Source of the DNA: Chiloscyllium plagiosum | Taxonomy: Eukaryota | Length of the DNA stretch: 20,000 nt | Assembly: GCF_004010195.1 (NCBI RefSeq) | Contig: NC_057752.1 | Span: forward strand, 5,191,252 to 5,211,251 | Direction of reading: 5' to 3' | In this document: piece after piece, positions 1 through 10,104 of the stretch | How the letters are laid out: every line of letters begins with the position of its first letter | How positions within the stretch are numbered: the stretch's first letter is position 1 | Position numbers and translations under genes: made by a program | Notes under the pieces: model-generated | What the model saw: only the letters and a program-made list of their open reading frames with translations | Told to the model about the DNA's origin: nothing | The model's database searches: none

Positions 1-87
1 CCTGGATAGTTGTAGGATACTCTAGCTACAATGCAGAATTGTCTCCCACAGTATGCCTTAGCCTCAGCTTCTGCAGTTCATCCTGAT

Positions 88-660
88 GTCATAGAGTCAT
101 AGAGATGTACAGCGCGGAAACAGACCCTTTGGTCCAACATGTCCATGCCGACCAGATAGCCCAACCCAATCTAGTCCCACCCGCCAGCACCTGGACTATA
201 TCCCTCCAAACCCTTCCTATTCACATACCCATCCAGATGCCTTTTAAATGTTGCAATTGTACCAGCCTCCACCACTTCCTCTGGCAGCCCATTCCACACA
301 CGCACCATCCTCTGCGTGAAAACATTGCCCCTTAGATCTCTTCTATGTCTTTTCCCTCTCACCCGAAACCTATTCCCTCTAGTTCTGGACTCCCCGACCC
401 CAGGGAAAAGACTTTGTCTATTTATCCTATCCATGTCCCTCATGATTTTATAAACCTCCATAAGGTCACCCCTCAGCCTCCGATGCTCCAGGGAAAACAC
501 CCCCACCTATTCAACCTCTCCCTATAGCTCAAATCCTCCAACCCTGGCATCATCCTTGTAAATCTTTTCTGAACCTTTTCAAGTTTCACAACATCCTTCC
601 GATAGGAAGAAGACCAGAATTGCACGCAATATTCCAAAAGTGGCTGAACCAACGTCCTGA
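88..660 (-). mobile_element. CR1 LINE, 5'-truncated 3' end (ORF2 C-terminus plus 3'UTR, (CTCTATGA)n tail)
   Basis: ORFs 473..730 (LVQPLLEYCVQFWS..KLEKVQKRFTRMMPGL) and 171..506 (RRLRGDLMEVYKIM..FTQRMVRVWNGLP) are typical CR1 ORF2 C-terminal motifs, split by a frameshift. Tail gtcatagagtcatagag at 88-104. Flanking direct repeat TCCTGATGTC at 81-90 and 655-664. Confidence 0.95.
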
Positions 661-769
661 TGTCTTCAGGGTTAGTGAAGCAGAACAAAATTAGCCAGGA
701 TTTCCCTCTATTTATATCTAAGCCTTCCATCCCCTACCTCCTCCCTATCCCACTATCTATTCCCTGAGC

Positions 770-890
770 TTTTTTGTGTTAATTCATAGTATGTGGGCAT
801 CACTGCTGAACATTTATTTATTGCGCATTAAGGATGGGCAATAGATGCTGATCCAGTCAGCAATGCCCACATCCCATGAAGGAGTAAAAT
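770..890. repeat. Two head-to-head 3' tails of the CR1/L2-group LINE (or its partner SINE) forming an imperfect palindrome
   Basis: gggcaatagatgctg..gcccacatcccatgaa (836-880, +) matches the LINE end at 8941-8990. Its reverse complement, ttcat..atgtgggcatc..catttat..ttg, lies at about 783-828. Confidence 0.75.
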
Positions 891-967
891 AAAACTCATG
901 CCCCTCAAACTGACCATGCCAACCTGTGGTTCTCTACCCACCCACAACAGCCTTTCATACTCTTCAT

Positions 968-1206
968 GGGGCAACTTTTTCACGCAGAGGATGGTACATG
1001 TATGGAATGAGCTGCCAGAGGAAGTGGTGGAGGCTGGTACAATTGCAACATTTAAAAGGCATTTGGACGGGTATATGAATAGGAAGGGTTTGGAGGGATA
1101 TGGGCCACGTGCTGGCAGGTGGGACGAGATTGGGTTGGGATATCTGGTCAGCATGGACGGGTTGGACCAAAGGGTCTGTTTCCATGCTGGACATCTCTAT
1201 GATTCT
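968..1206 (+). mobile_element. CR1 LINE short 3' fragment, same subfamily as 88-660
   Basis: GNFFTQRMVHVWNELPEEVVEAGTIATFKRHLDGYMNRKGLEGY in ORF 898..1317. Ends in a ctctatgattct tail. Confidence 0.95.
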
Positions 1207-1548
1207 GGTATTTCCATGCCCATTCACCCAGTTTATACCTGGTACAGAGCTAATGAACCCCATAGTAACAATGGGATGTGTGGAAATGCGTTTTTAAAAA
1301 AAACAGTAATTCAGTAATAACTGTCTTTTAAAAACTACTTTTACCAAAGCCCTATAAAAGTTTAAATAATCCAGACCATTAAAGTATTAATAGCAGAAAA
1401 TACTGCACTTGGTATGACTTTATCTTGTACAAATAAACATTATGCAATTGGCAAGACATATCTAACAGAAACAGCTGTTAATCAAACTGGGGTGCAGCTG
1501 TTCCAACAGAATAATTGATGTCTGCACTTTCAAGCACACCACATTATG

Positions 1549-2070
1549 CATTCTTGGGGTCAGATGAGGGTTGCCAGTGGGAATGATCAGTGTTGGATGA
1601 GTCCCATTCTGCAGAAAAAGCCCAACAGGCCTCTGGAATTGGCCTCCCAGTAGCAGGCCAGGGAGGTGGCAAAACCTTCTTTACTTATCACCACCCCTTT
1701 TCCCCAGAGCTGCTCTGTCATCATGCTATAATTGTGGACACAGGCCACCCTATGGAGGGCACCCCCTTCCATAATGGCAGTTGTTTAGCCACAAATGATT
1801 TTTAAAATTTCTTGCATCTTCAGATGGTACCTCCATCATGCTCTGCTTGCCACAGAATGCTCAACTTCTCCTCGAGGGACTACTGACTGAAGAATTCTGC
1901 TGGCCTTCCCATTGGCCCCATCTTATTGAATGTCCTGCCCACCTCACTGATTGGATGCTGTTCTTGGAGGCAGGCTTTTAATTTGTTGCCGCCAATCAGA
2001 ATACATAGGCAGGTGGCCACACACAACCAAGGGTTGGGGATCTGCCTTTAGTCCTGACCTCAGAAAATCT
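1549..2070. repeat. Old GC-richer interspersed repeat, possibly a non-autonomous DNA transposon with degenerate TIRs
   Basis: GC-richer island in AT-rich flanks. Left end attcttggggtcaga resembles the reverse complement of the right end (attttctgaggtcagga). Confidence 0.3.
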
Positions 2071-2799
2071 TTGAGGCATTAATTTTTTGCCAACAAATAC
2101 TTCTACACTGGAACAATCTGATTTGACTTACAGACACTTTGGTGAAAGACCTTTTGTGAACGTGGCAACACGCTGACCTGGTTGGAGTGCACTGAATTTA
2201 GATCCTTATCTCATTTGTAAGCAGTACAAAATTGGATTCAGACCACCCAACAGTCTATTTTATCAGCAACTTGAAATTTCTATTGCAAAATCTGATAAAT
2301 TTCTCAAAACCAGCAGAGCTGATACCCTGAACTATAAACCAAGCAAATTTAGATAAATCCAAATATGCACATCACAAATTTCTTGCATGTATTTAAATAC
2401 CATAGATTTACATTAGATCATTGCACAAATTTAAAAGAACAGTCTGACAATTGGAAGGACTATATTTAAATCTAATCCTATCAAAGAGTGCTGTCAAATA
2501 ATCTATACGCACTTTCCTCAACTTCCTAAGTATAAGTGTTGCCTTCCAGTGTATGTCTCAGTCACAGACACTTGAATTTTATCACAGTTAAGTTATCAGT
2601 CCCATTCCTTCCATCCTGGTTACAAGTTCTCCAATTGATGTCAAAAAAGAGCGCCATTCCTTTCAGCCTTCAAATAAACCATTATATCCTCCCATATACG
2701 TCTAGTTTATTTTTATACTTGAATGTTGAAATGTCTAGTAATAGGTTAATTAGTCAGTACAATATTGTCTTTCTCATCTTTTAAAATAAATTATTTTCC

Positions 2800-5075
2800 C
2801 CATGGTTATCAAAAGTGAACAGAACAAGTCAATTGGAAACTACAAGAATAGATTATGGTATCATTAAGCAACAACCAAGATGACTGATAATCATTGAAAT
2901 CCATCATCGTTCATACAAGAAATCCCAAGAAATACACAACATTAGAAGACATCAATACTGATCTGATGGGAGACATATATAAATAACTTGATTGTAAACA
3001 GACAACTCAATCAAAGCTCTGCAGAAAAGAAGCTTGTCCACCAAATAGCCAAAACTGAAATTCAAATACCTGTGATTTGAAGAACAAATGGTGGATAAAG
3101 AAGGCTGAGGAAATTCAATTTCTTGCTGATCCAATACAACTGAAGAGATCCATGGATCCTCAACATCAGTAAGATTTAAGGATGACAAAACTATCCTTAA
3201 AGACAGTATCAGCAACTACTGGAAAGAACACTTTGTTGAATCACTCAGTCAGAAGTCCACAGTGGACATACACTTGCTGGAGCATCTTCGACAACAAACA
3301 TCTGGAAATGAGCCAGGCAATGATCTGATGCTCAATGATGTAATAACTGTTGCCAACAAGATGAAAAATAGCAAAGCTTCTGATCCTGATGACATCCCTG
3401 CCCAAGTACTGGCATATGTAAGAGGCATATTGATCTCTCTGATACGTATTTGTGAAGCTCTAACAGGATGAAAAAATTCCAACTAGAGATGCCATGATGA
3501 TCACAATCTTCACAAAAGGAGACAGATCAAACTATAGCGACTGCTTAAGTAAGTCATTGCTCTCAACTATTGGGGGAAAATCAAGCTAGGTTATTTCTTA
3601 TTGCCACCCACCAATTGTGTGTTTCCTCCAGAGTCCCAGTGTGACTCCTGACCCACCAAAGGGACAATTGACATGATTTACCAAGGAGACTACCTTCAGG
3701 AAAAGTGCAGAGAACAGACATCCCATTTCATACATGGCTTTCTTCAATTTGACAAAAGCTTTTGACCTACTGAATCAACCCTCTGAAAGGTGCTATTACA
3801 ATATGGATGCCCAACTAAGTTCACAAACATCATCCTTTTCTGAAATGATAGTATGTAAATAACAGCACCATACAATGACTCCACTATAGGCTCCTTCCCT
3901 GTCAAAACAAACAGAGGTCAAAAAGTGATGAATCTTTTCATCAACATTATTCTCAATCTTTCCACCAGCAGTGTAACTTACTACTGATAGACTCTCCCCA
4001 AGTGTGGTTAAAACTTAGCACACTGATGGTAAACCTTCAGTCTCAACTGACTGATGGCCACACCCCAAACACTTCTGCAATTCACCTACAGTATGCTGAT
4101 GATGCATAAATTAGTGCTCATTCTGAAGGACCATATCAGACAACTGACGCATTCACTGAATCTATAAGAATACGAGACTTGCCTTAAATCAAAGTTCTAT
4201 ACCAACTCACATTGAATGTATATATCCAATATGCTGAATTGCAATTTGTGGTGAAGTGTTGGAAAATGTCCCTCATTTCCATATCTTGAAGTTATTTATT
4301 CCAAAAAGCCAACATTGCATTTGGTGATATACGTCTTCACCAATATGCTAGCTCAGTTTGTGCTAAATTACAGACTCTGGTTTTTAAGAATTGTGATACA
4401 CGATCAAACACTAAACTCAAAACTCAATTGGGCAAGGGTTCTCCCCTCCTCCTCCACCCCTTAAAAAACTCCTCCCTGCCTTTCTATGGTGTTGAAGCTC
4501 AGACAACTTACAAACACCACATCCAGGCCCTAGAATAGCATCATTAATGTTGTCTAATCTTGTGAATTAAGTGGGAGGACAATAGAACAAACATAAGCAC
4601 AATTCAAGTCACAGACGTGCTGAGTAGAGACACCATGCTAATCTCACATCAGATGATGGAAGGGACATGTCATCTTAATACACAATTTATGACAGTCCAA
4701 ATAAGTGCTCTACTTAGAGCTATGCCACGAGACTCACTCACACAGGGACCAAAGAAAGCTATTCAAAGACAATCTCAAAGCCTTCATGAAGGTCTCCTTG
4801 ATTAACATGAACACACAGGAAGGAGATGTCCAAATGCAACCAAAATGGGCATTCATCATTGAAAATGGTGTTGAAATCCACCCACTGAAAAAGAACACGG
4901 AGAGAGACAAAAAGAGAGGAAAACTGCTCAAGACATAATCTGCCACTACCTCTATCAGCTAACAATCATGTCCTCACTATGGGAAAGTTTGTAAAGCTAT
5001 GATATCACCCAAGGTTAATACTAATATCTCACTCCCATCCAGCCATCTATTGGAAAGAAGGATTGCTGATAAAGA
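2800..5075 (+). mobile_element. Decayed RTE-clade LINE (RT domain through C-terminal cysteine motif and 3' end), many stops and frameshifts
   Basis: KMKNSKASDPDDIPAQVL (ORF 3262, cf. KAPGPDGIPAEV). AFFNLTKAFD at 3737-3766. LQYADDA at 4086-4106. QRKLFKDNLKA (ORF 4705). CPHYGKVC at about 4969-4992. The left boundary is approximate. Confidence 0.85.
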
Positions 5076-5113
5076 TAGATAAAGGTGCAATTTAGATTTT
5101 CTAGTGTAGTGAT

Positions 5114-5192
5114 TGTAACAAGGTCAGGCAGATGGACATCACTGAATATGAATTCCCTGATTCGGGCTGTTAATTTGGTCCAATCAGAGAGC
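5114..5192 (+). mobile_element. Probable start of an LTR (Gypsy-like), cut by the assembly gap
   Basis: Begins TGTAACA, a typical LTR terminus, and contains CCAAT at 5180-5184. Resembles a shark LTR as I recall it. Confidence 0.35.
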
Positions 5193-5692
5193 NNNNNNNN
5201 NNNNNNNNNNNNNNNNNNNNNNNNNNNNNNNNNNNNNNNNNNNNNNNNNNNNNNNNNNNNNNNNNNNNNNNNNNNNNNNNNNNNNNNNNNNNNNNNNNNN
5301 NNNNNNNNNNNNNNNNNNNNNNNNNNNNNNNNNNNNNNNNNNNNNNNNNNNNNNNNNNNNNNNNNNNNNNNNNNNNNNNNNNNNNNNNNNNNNNNNNNNN
5401 NNNNNNNNNNNNNNNNNNNNNNNNNNNNNNNNNNNNNNNNNNNNNNNNNNNNNNNNNNNNNNNNNNNNNNNNNNNNNNNNNNNNNNNNNNNNNNNNNNNN
5501 NNNNNNNNNNNNNNNNNNNNNNNNNNNNNNNNNNNNNNNNNNNNNNNNNNNNNNNNNNNNNNNNNNNNNNNNNNNNNNNNNNNNNNNNNNNNNNNNNNNN
5601 NNNNNNNNNNNNNNNNNNNNNNNNNNNNNNNNNNNNNNNNNNNNNNNNNNNNNNNNNNNNNNNNNNNNNNNNNNNNNNNNNNNNNNNNNNNN
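5193..5692. other. Assembly gap (500 N, likely an arbitrary scaffolding size)
   Basis: Run of exactly 500 N. Confidence 0.99.
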
Positions 5693-6037
5693 TGTGAAGT
5701 TCACTGTTTTTTAATTTTCCCAGATGCACTCCGATATCCAACGATACATGAATTCATCAGTAAAGGCAGTAACTGCTCACTTTGTCAGTTAGCAATGTGG
5801 GTTTCTTTCTCTCTCTCTTGCACTGACCTCACCATGTGCTTCCTTTGTCTGTTCTTTTCCCTTTTAAAAGTGCTGTTGTTTTTACTTTTTCTTCTCCAAA
5901 GTTTCAAAACAATGCAACAGCATATAAAACAGTAATTGCTGCTCCTAGAGTTCGAGGAAATCACCTCAAACAGCTAAAATAACTCAGAAAAGGAGCAACT
6001 GTTACAGCCAGAAATTTTTCCCATCCTCCATCTTGGA
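5693..6037 (-). mobile_element. Probable 5'UTR/start of a shark CR1-type LINE, running into the gap
   Basis: The minus strand starts TCCAAGATGGAGGATGGGAAAAATTTCTGGCTG (YY1-like CAAGATGG). I recall this as an abundant shark repeat 5' end. Confidence 0.45.
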
Positions 6038-6188
6038 ATGCTTTATCTTTTACACGGTGCAAATGGCCTGCAATATTATCATGCGCCAAACACATTATTT
6101 TTACATATTCTGACTGATATTCGATATGTGTATGCAGGTTCTTTAAATAACCTCAAGTACACACTATTTCATGTGTGAGAACACTGAC

Positions 6189-6222
6189 AGCAGCATCGAA
6201 TTTACTTTCTTTCCCAAGCTAA
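6189..6222. repeat. 34-bp dispersed direct repeat, copy 1 (32/34 identical to 9037-9070)
   Basis: agcagcatcgaatttACtttctttcccaagctaa. Confidence 0.9.
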
Positions 6223-6379
6223 TCTGACAACCCTTAGGCTATTTCGATTATTTTGCAAATTCGCTGCTCTTTTTGAACTCTTTGCCCTTGTTTGACACAT
6301 TTTGAATATGTATCCTGAAACCAGTGGTCTCTGGAATAGGCTCCTTAGGAACCCCTTTATAAACAATCCGTTTTGAGGG

Positions 6380-6770
6380 AATGAGTGGTTGCAATGGATT
6401 AAGCACTGTCCTTTCACCTCTGGGACCTGGACTTGAACATTAATGGGATAAAAGTAATTTCTACCTTCTGACTACAAATTTTCCATAAAAAGAATTTGGA
6501 TAGTCTGGTACACTTAGAAGATAAATGAACTGGAAGGACATAGGCTAGAGATGCACACAGTTTTACGCCTCTAAGCATGCACCAACAATGTAGAAGCAAA
6601 ATGTTAACTGTCTATCTACTGGTCAGTAAAGATCCACAGACTTGCCCTAAATTAAGCCACAATAAGGTTATTGGAGGGTATGCTCTTCTGAGGTTTGGGC
6701 TCAGACTCAACATTGACACTGAATAGAAGATGATTTATTTGATATATGCTCTGTCAAATTTGGGAATACA
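6380..6770 (+). mobile_element. Ancient tRNA-derived SINE, LF-SINE-like
   Basis: Head tggttgcaatggattaagcactgtCCTTTCACCTCTgggacctgg resembles the LF-SINE head (CCTTTCACCTCTAGGTCACTGG). The 3' part ggagggtatgctcttctgaggtttgggctcagactcaacattg loosely resembles the LF-SINE body. Heavily diverged. Confidence 0.5.
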
Positions 6771-7079
6771 AAAAGTTCTACACCTCACACTATCATTCCT
6801 CATCTGGATGAGCATACAATTAATTTAATTAAGAAATCTGTTTTATAAGAAATAATTGGCATTTTGGAATAATGTTGAAGCCTTTGATGTTGAAATGATG
6901 GGAAGTTATTTCTGATAAAATGCCTTAACTTGTGTTTCCCATTTGCTCTTTCTAATGAACAGTGACTTATTCTATTCCTTTAAATTGGTCCAAATTGAAA
7001 TATTGCCCAAGCACTGAATCTGAGAATTGTATTACAATATGTTGTTGCCCACTCTCTGATGCTGCTCTCTTGGCTATGT

Positions 7080-8997
7080 CAAAGTAATTCTATCACCAAA
7101 GAATCAGACCTCAGATCTGCAGTCCTGCCATATCCAGGCATGGACAGTGGTGGTCAATTAAACACCACAAATATCACCCTCCTCAATGAGGGGAGAGCCC
7201 AGCACAAAAGACAAGACTGAGGAATTTGCAATAATTTTCAGTCAGAATTGTCACGTAACATTTATCCTTTTCCAGAGGTCCCCAACATCACAGATTCCAG
7301 TCTGGAGCCAATTTGATTTCCTACACATATCAAGAAACAGCTGAAGGCACTAGATACTATGAAGACTGTGAGCCCTGGCAACATTTGGCTATAGTATGAA
7401 AGACATGTGCTCCAGAACTAACCAAGTCATTCCTGTATAGCTACAACACTGGGATCCACCCAACAATGTGGAAAGTTGCTCTAGGTTTCCCATGCACACA
7501 AAAAGTAGGGCAAATCCAACCCAACCAATTACTGCCCCATCAGTCTGTTCTCGATCATCAGTAAATTGAAGAAAGGAGTCATCAACAGTGCTTAGCAACT
7601 TGCTTAACAACAATCTGCTCACCGATTCCCAGTTTAGATTCTGTCTAGGCCACTCTACTTCTGACTCAATTACAGCCTTGGTTCAAACATGAATAAAGTG
7701 GAGGCAACACTGACTTCCTTTGACAAGGCAGCATTTGACTGAATTTGGCATTAAAGAGCCTGAGCAAAATTCCAATCAATGGGAATCAGGTGAAAAACTC
7801 TCTGCTGTTTGGATCCCTCCATTACAAGGCCAGAAGTGGGGATGTTTGCTGATGATTGCACAATATTCAGCACCATTTGCGACTCCTGATACTGAAGCAG
7901 TCCATAGCTCATGCAGCAAGACCTGGACAATATCCAGGCTTGGACTGAAAAATGACAAATAACATTCACAGCACACAAGGGCCAGGCAATCACCATCTCC
8001 AACAAGAGAGAATCCACCCAATGTCTCTTGATATTCAATATTACCATTGCTGAATTGCTTACTACCAATATCCTGGGGGTTTCTATTTACTAGAAATTGA
8101 AGTGGACTAGTCATATAAACACTGTTGCTGCAAGACCAGGTCAGAGGCTAGGAATCCTGCAGCAAGTAACTCACCGTCTAACTCCTGAAAGCCTGTTCAC
8201 CATCTTTAAGGCACAAGTAAGGAGTGTGACGGAATACTCCCCACTTGCCTGCATGAATGCAGTTTCAACAACAATCAAGAAACTACACACCATCCAGGAC
8301 AAAGTAGAGCGTTTGACTGGTACCATATCCACAAGCATCCACTCTTTCTACCATCTTCGCAGCAATGTCTATTACCTACAAGACGCACAGCACAAATTCA
8401 CTAAGGTGCCTTTCAAACTCTCAAACTCCATCGTCTAGAAGGACCAGGGCAGCTTCTGTGAGTTCCCCTCCAAGCCACTCACCATCTTGACTTGAAAATA
8501 CAGGTACACAATCCTTTACCTGAAATTCTGAAATCCAAAAAGCTCCGAAATCTGAAGATTTTTTCATGTATAACAACGTTGTTTGGCATGCGAACAGGTG
8601 ACCCAACCCACTCAGATGTGACGTGGTGGCGTGGCCCAGCAATGGCAGGTGTCAATTGTATCTCAGCGCTCTACTAGTCACATATGGGTATGCTGTTCAG
8701 TAATTTTTAAAAATTTCACTGTGAAAATGTCATTTATTCCAAAATCCGAAATACTCCAAATTCCTAAAAACAACTGGCCCCAAGGATTTCAGATAAAGGA
8801 TTGTGCACCTGTATATCATAATACCTTCAGTATTGCTAGGTCAAAATCCTGGCATACTCTCCCCCATTGTGGGTAGAACCACAACAAATAGTGGTTCAAA
8901 AAAACAGTTCACTGCCACTTTCTCCAGGGCAATTACAGATGGGCAATAAATGCTGGCCAGCCAACAAAGGCCACATCCTATGAATGAATAAAAAAAA
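7080..8997 (+). mobile_element. CR1/L2-group LINE, 5'-truncated, with an internal RT deletion at about 7813 and a nested MITE
   Basis: MFADD at 7842-7856. ORF 8097 reads KWTSHINTVAARPGQRLGIL..IFKAQVRSVTEYSPLA. Ends gggcaataaatgctggcc..tgaatgaataaaaaaaa. Possible TSD GCTGCT at 7061-7066 and 8998-9003. Confidence 0.9.
8501..8811. mobile_element. Tc1/mariner (pogo/Tigger-type) MITE, 311 bp, Tigger4/Zombi-like
   Basis: TIRs CAGGTACACAATCCTTTACCTGAAAT versus reverse complement CAGGTGCACAATCCTTTATCTGAAAT (24/26). TA at 8499-8500 and 8812-8813. The host LINE resumes on both sides. Subterminal (T/C)GAAAT repeats. Confidence 0.92.
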
Positions 8998-9036
8998 GCT
9001 GCTGCAGGGCAAGTTTGAACCGACTGGCTATTCTAT

Positions 9037-9070
9037 AGCAGCATCGAATTTGTTTTCTTTCCCAAGCTAA
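9037..9070. repeat. 34-bp dispersed direct repeat, copy 2
   Basis: agcagcatcgaatttGTtttctttcccaagctaa. Confidence 0.9.
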
Positions 9071-9178
9071 CAAAGTGCGCCACCCAGCGCTCCCGGATCC
9101 TGTTCTGTTGAAATTTCCTCATCATGAACTTCTGAATTCAAAATTCCTTGCCGCACACCATCTATCTGCATACACATG

Positions 9179-10100
9179 ATCACAACTAATGGATCAGATC
9201 TAAGCTCTGCAGTCCTACTGCATCCAGTCATGAATGGTGGTGGACAATTAAACAACTTATTGGAGTAGGAGGCTCCATAAATATTCCTGCCCTCCATGAT
9301 GGAGGTGCTGACAAAAAATAAGGCTGAAGTATTTGCAGCAATATTCAGCCAGAAGTGCCGAGTGGATGATCCATCCTGGCCACCTCCAGTGATCCCCAGG
9401 ATCTTCAGCCAATTTGATTCACTCCATCTGAAATTGAGAAACAGTTGGAGGCACTGAAAACCACAAAGGCTATGGACCCTGCCAACATTCCAACAAACTT
9501 GCTGAAGACTTGTGCTCCAGAACTTGCGACTCCCCTAGTCAAGCTCTTCCAGTACAGTTACAACACTAGCATCTACCCGACAAGGTGGAAAATTGCTCAG
9601 GTTAGTCCTGTACACCAAAAGTAGGACTAAACCAATCCGGCTAATTGCCGCCTCATCAGTCATCATCAATAAAGTGATGGAAAGTGTCATCAACAGTGCT
9701 ATCATGCAGCACCTGCTCAGCAATGCCCACTTTAGCTTCTGCCAGGGCCACTCAGCCCCTGATATTATTACAGCCTTGGTTCAAACATGGACAAAAATGC
9801 TGAATTCCAGAGGTGAGGTGAGAGTGACAACCTTTGGCATTGATGCCACATTTGACTGAGTGTGGCATCAAGGAGTCCAATCAAACTGGAATCAATGGGT
9901 ATCACAGAGCAAACTCTCCGCTGGTTGAAGTCGTATCTGGCACATAGGAAGACGGTTGTTGTGGTTGTTAGATGTCAGTCATCTCAGCTCCAGGACATCT
10001 CTGCAAGAGTTCCACGAGGGAGTGTCCTAAGCCCTACCATCTTCAGTTGCTTCATCAATGATCTTCCCTCCATCATAAGGTCATCAATGATTGCAAAATG
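9179..10100 (+). mobile_element. Second copy of the CR1/L2-group LINE (RT N-terminal half), truncated at both ends
   Basis: Colinear with 7092-7860. ORF 9593 has QGHSAPDIITALVQTW..GIDATFD. ORF 9862 has LRWLKSYL..VPRGSVLSPTIFSCFINDLP. Confidence 0.9.
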
Positions 10101-10104
10101 ATTC

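Noticed and set aside
2132..2191. Possible 60-nt minus-strand exon ending at a GTAAGT donor
   Set aside because: Poor polypyrimidine tract and no recognisable peptide in any frame.
5021..5741. Three long ORFs of 185-227 aa
   Set aside because: Artefacts of translation through the N gap.
9036..9058. AGCAGC start resembling the miR-15/16/103 seed
   Set aside because: The rest does not match family members I recall, and no canonical pre-miRNA hairpin is evident.
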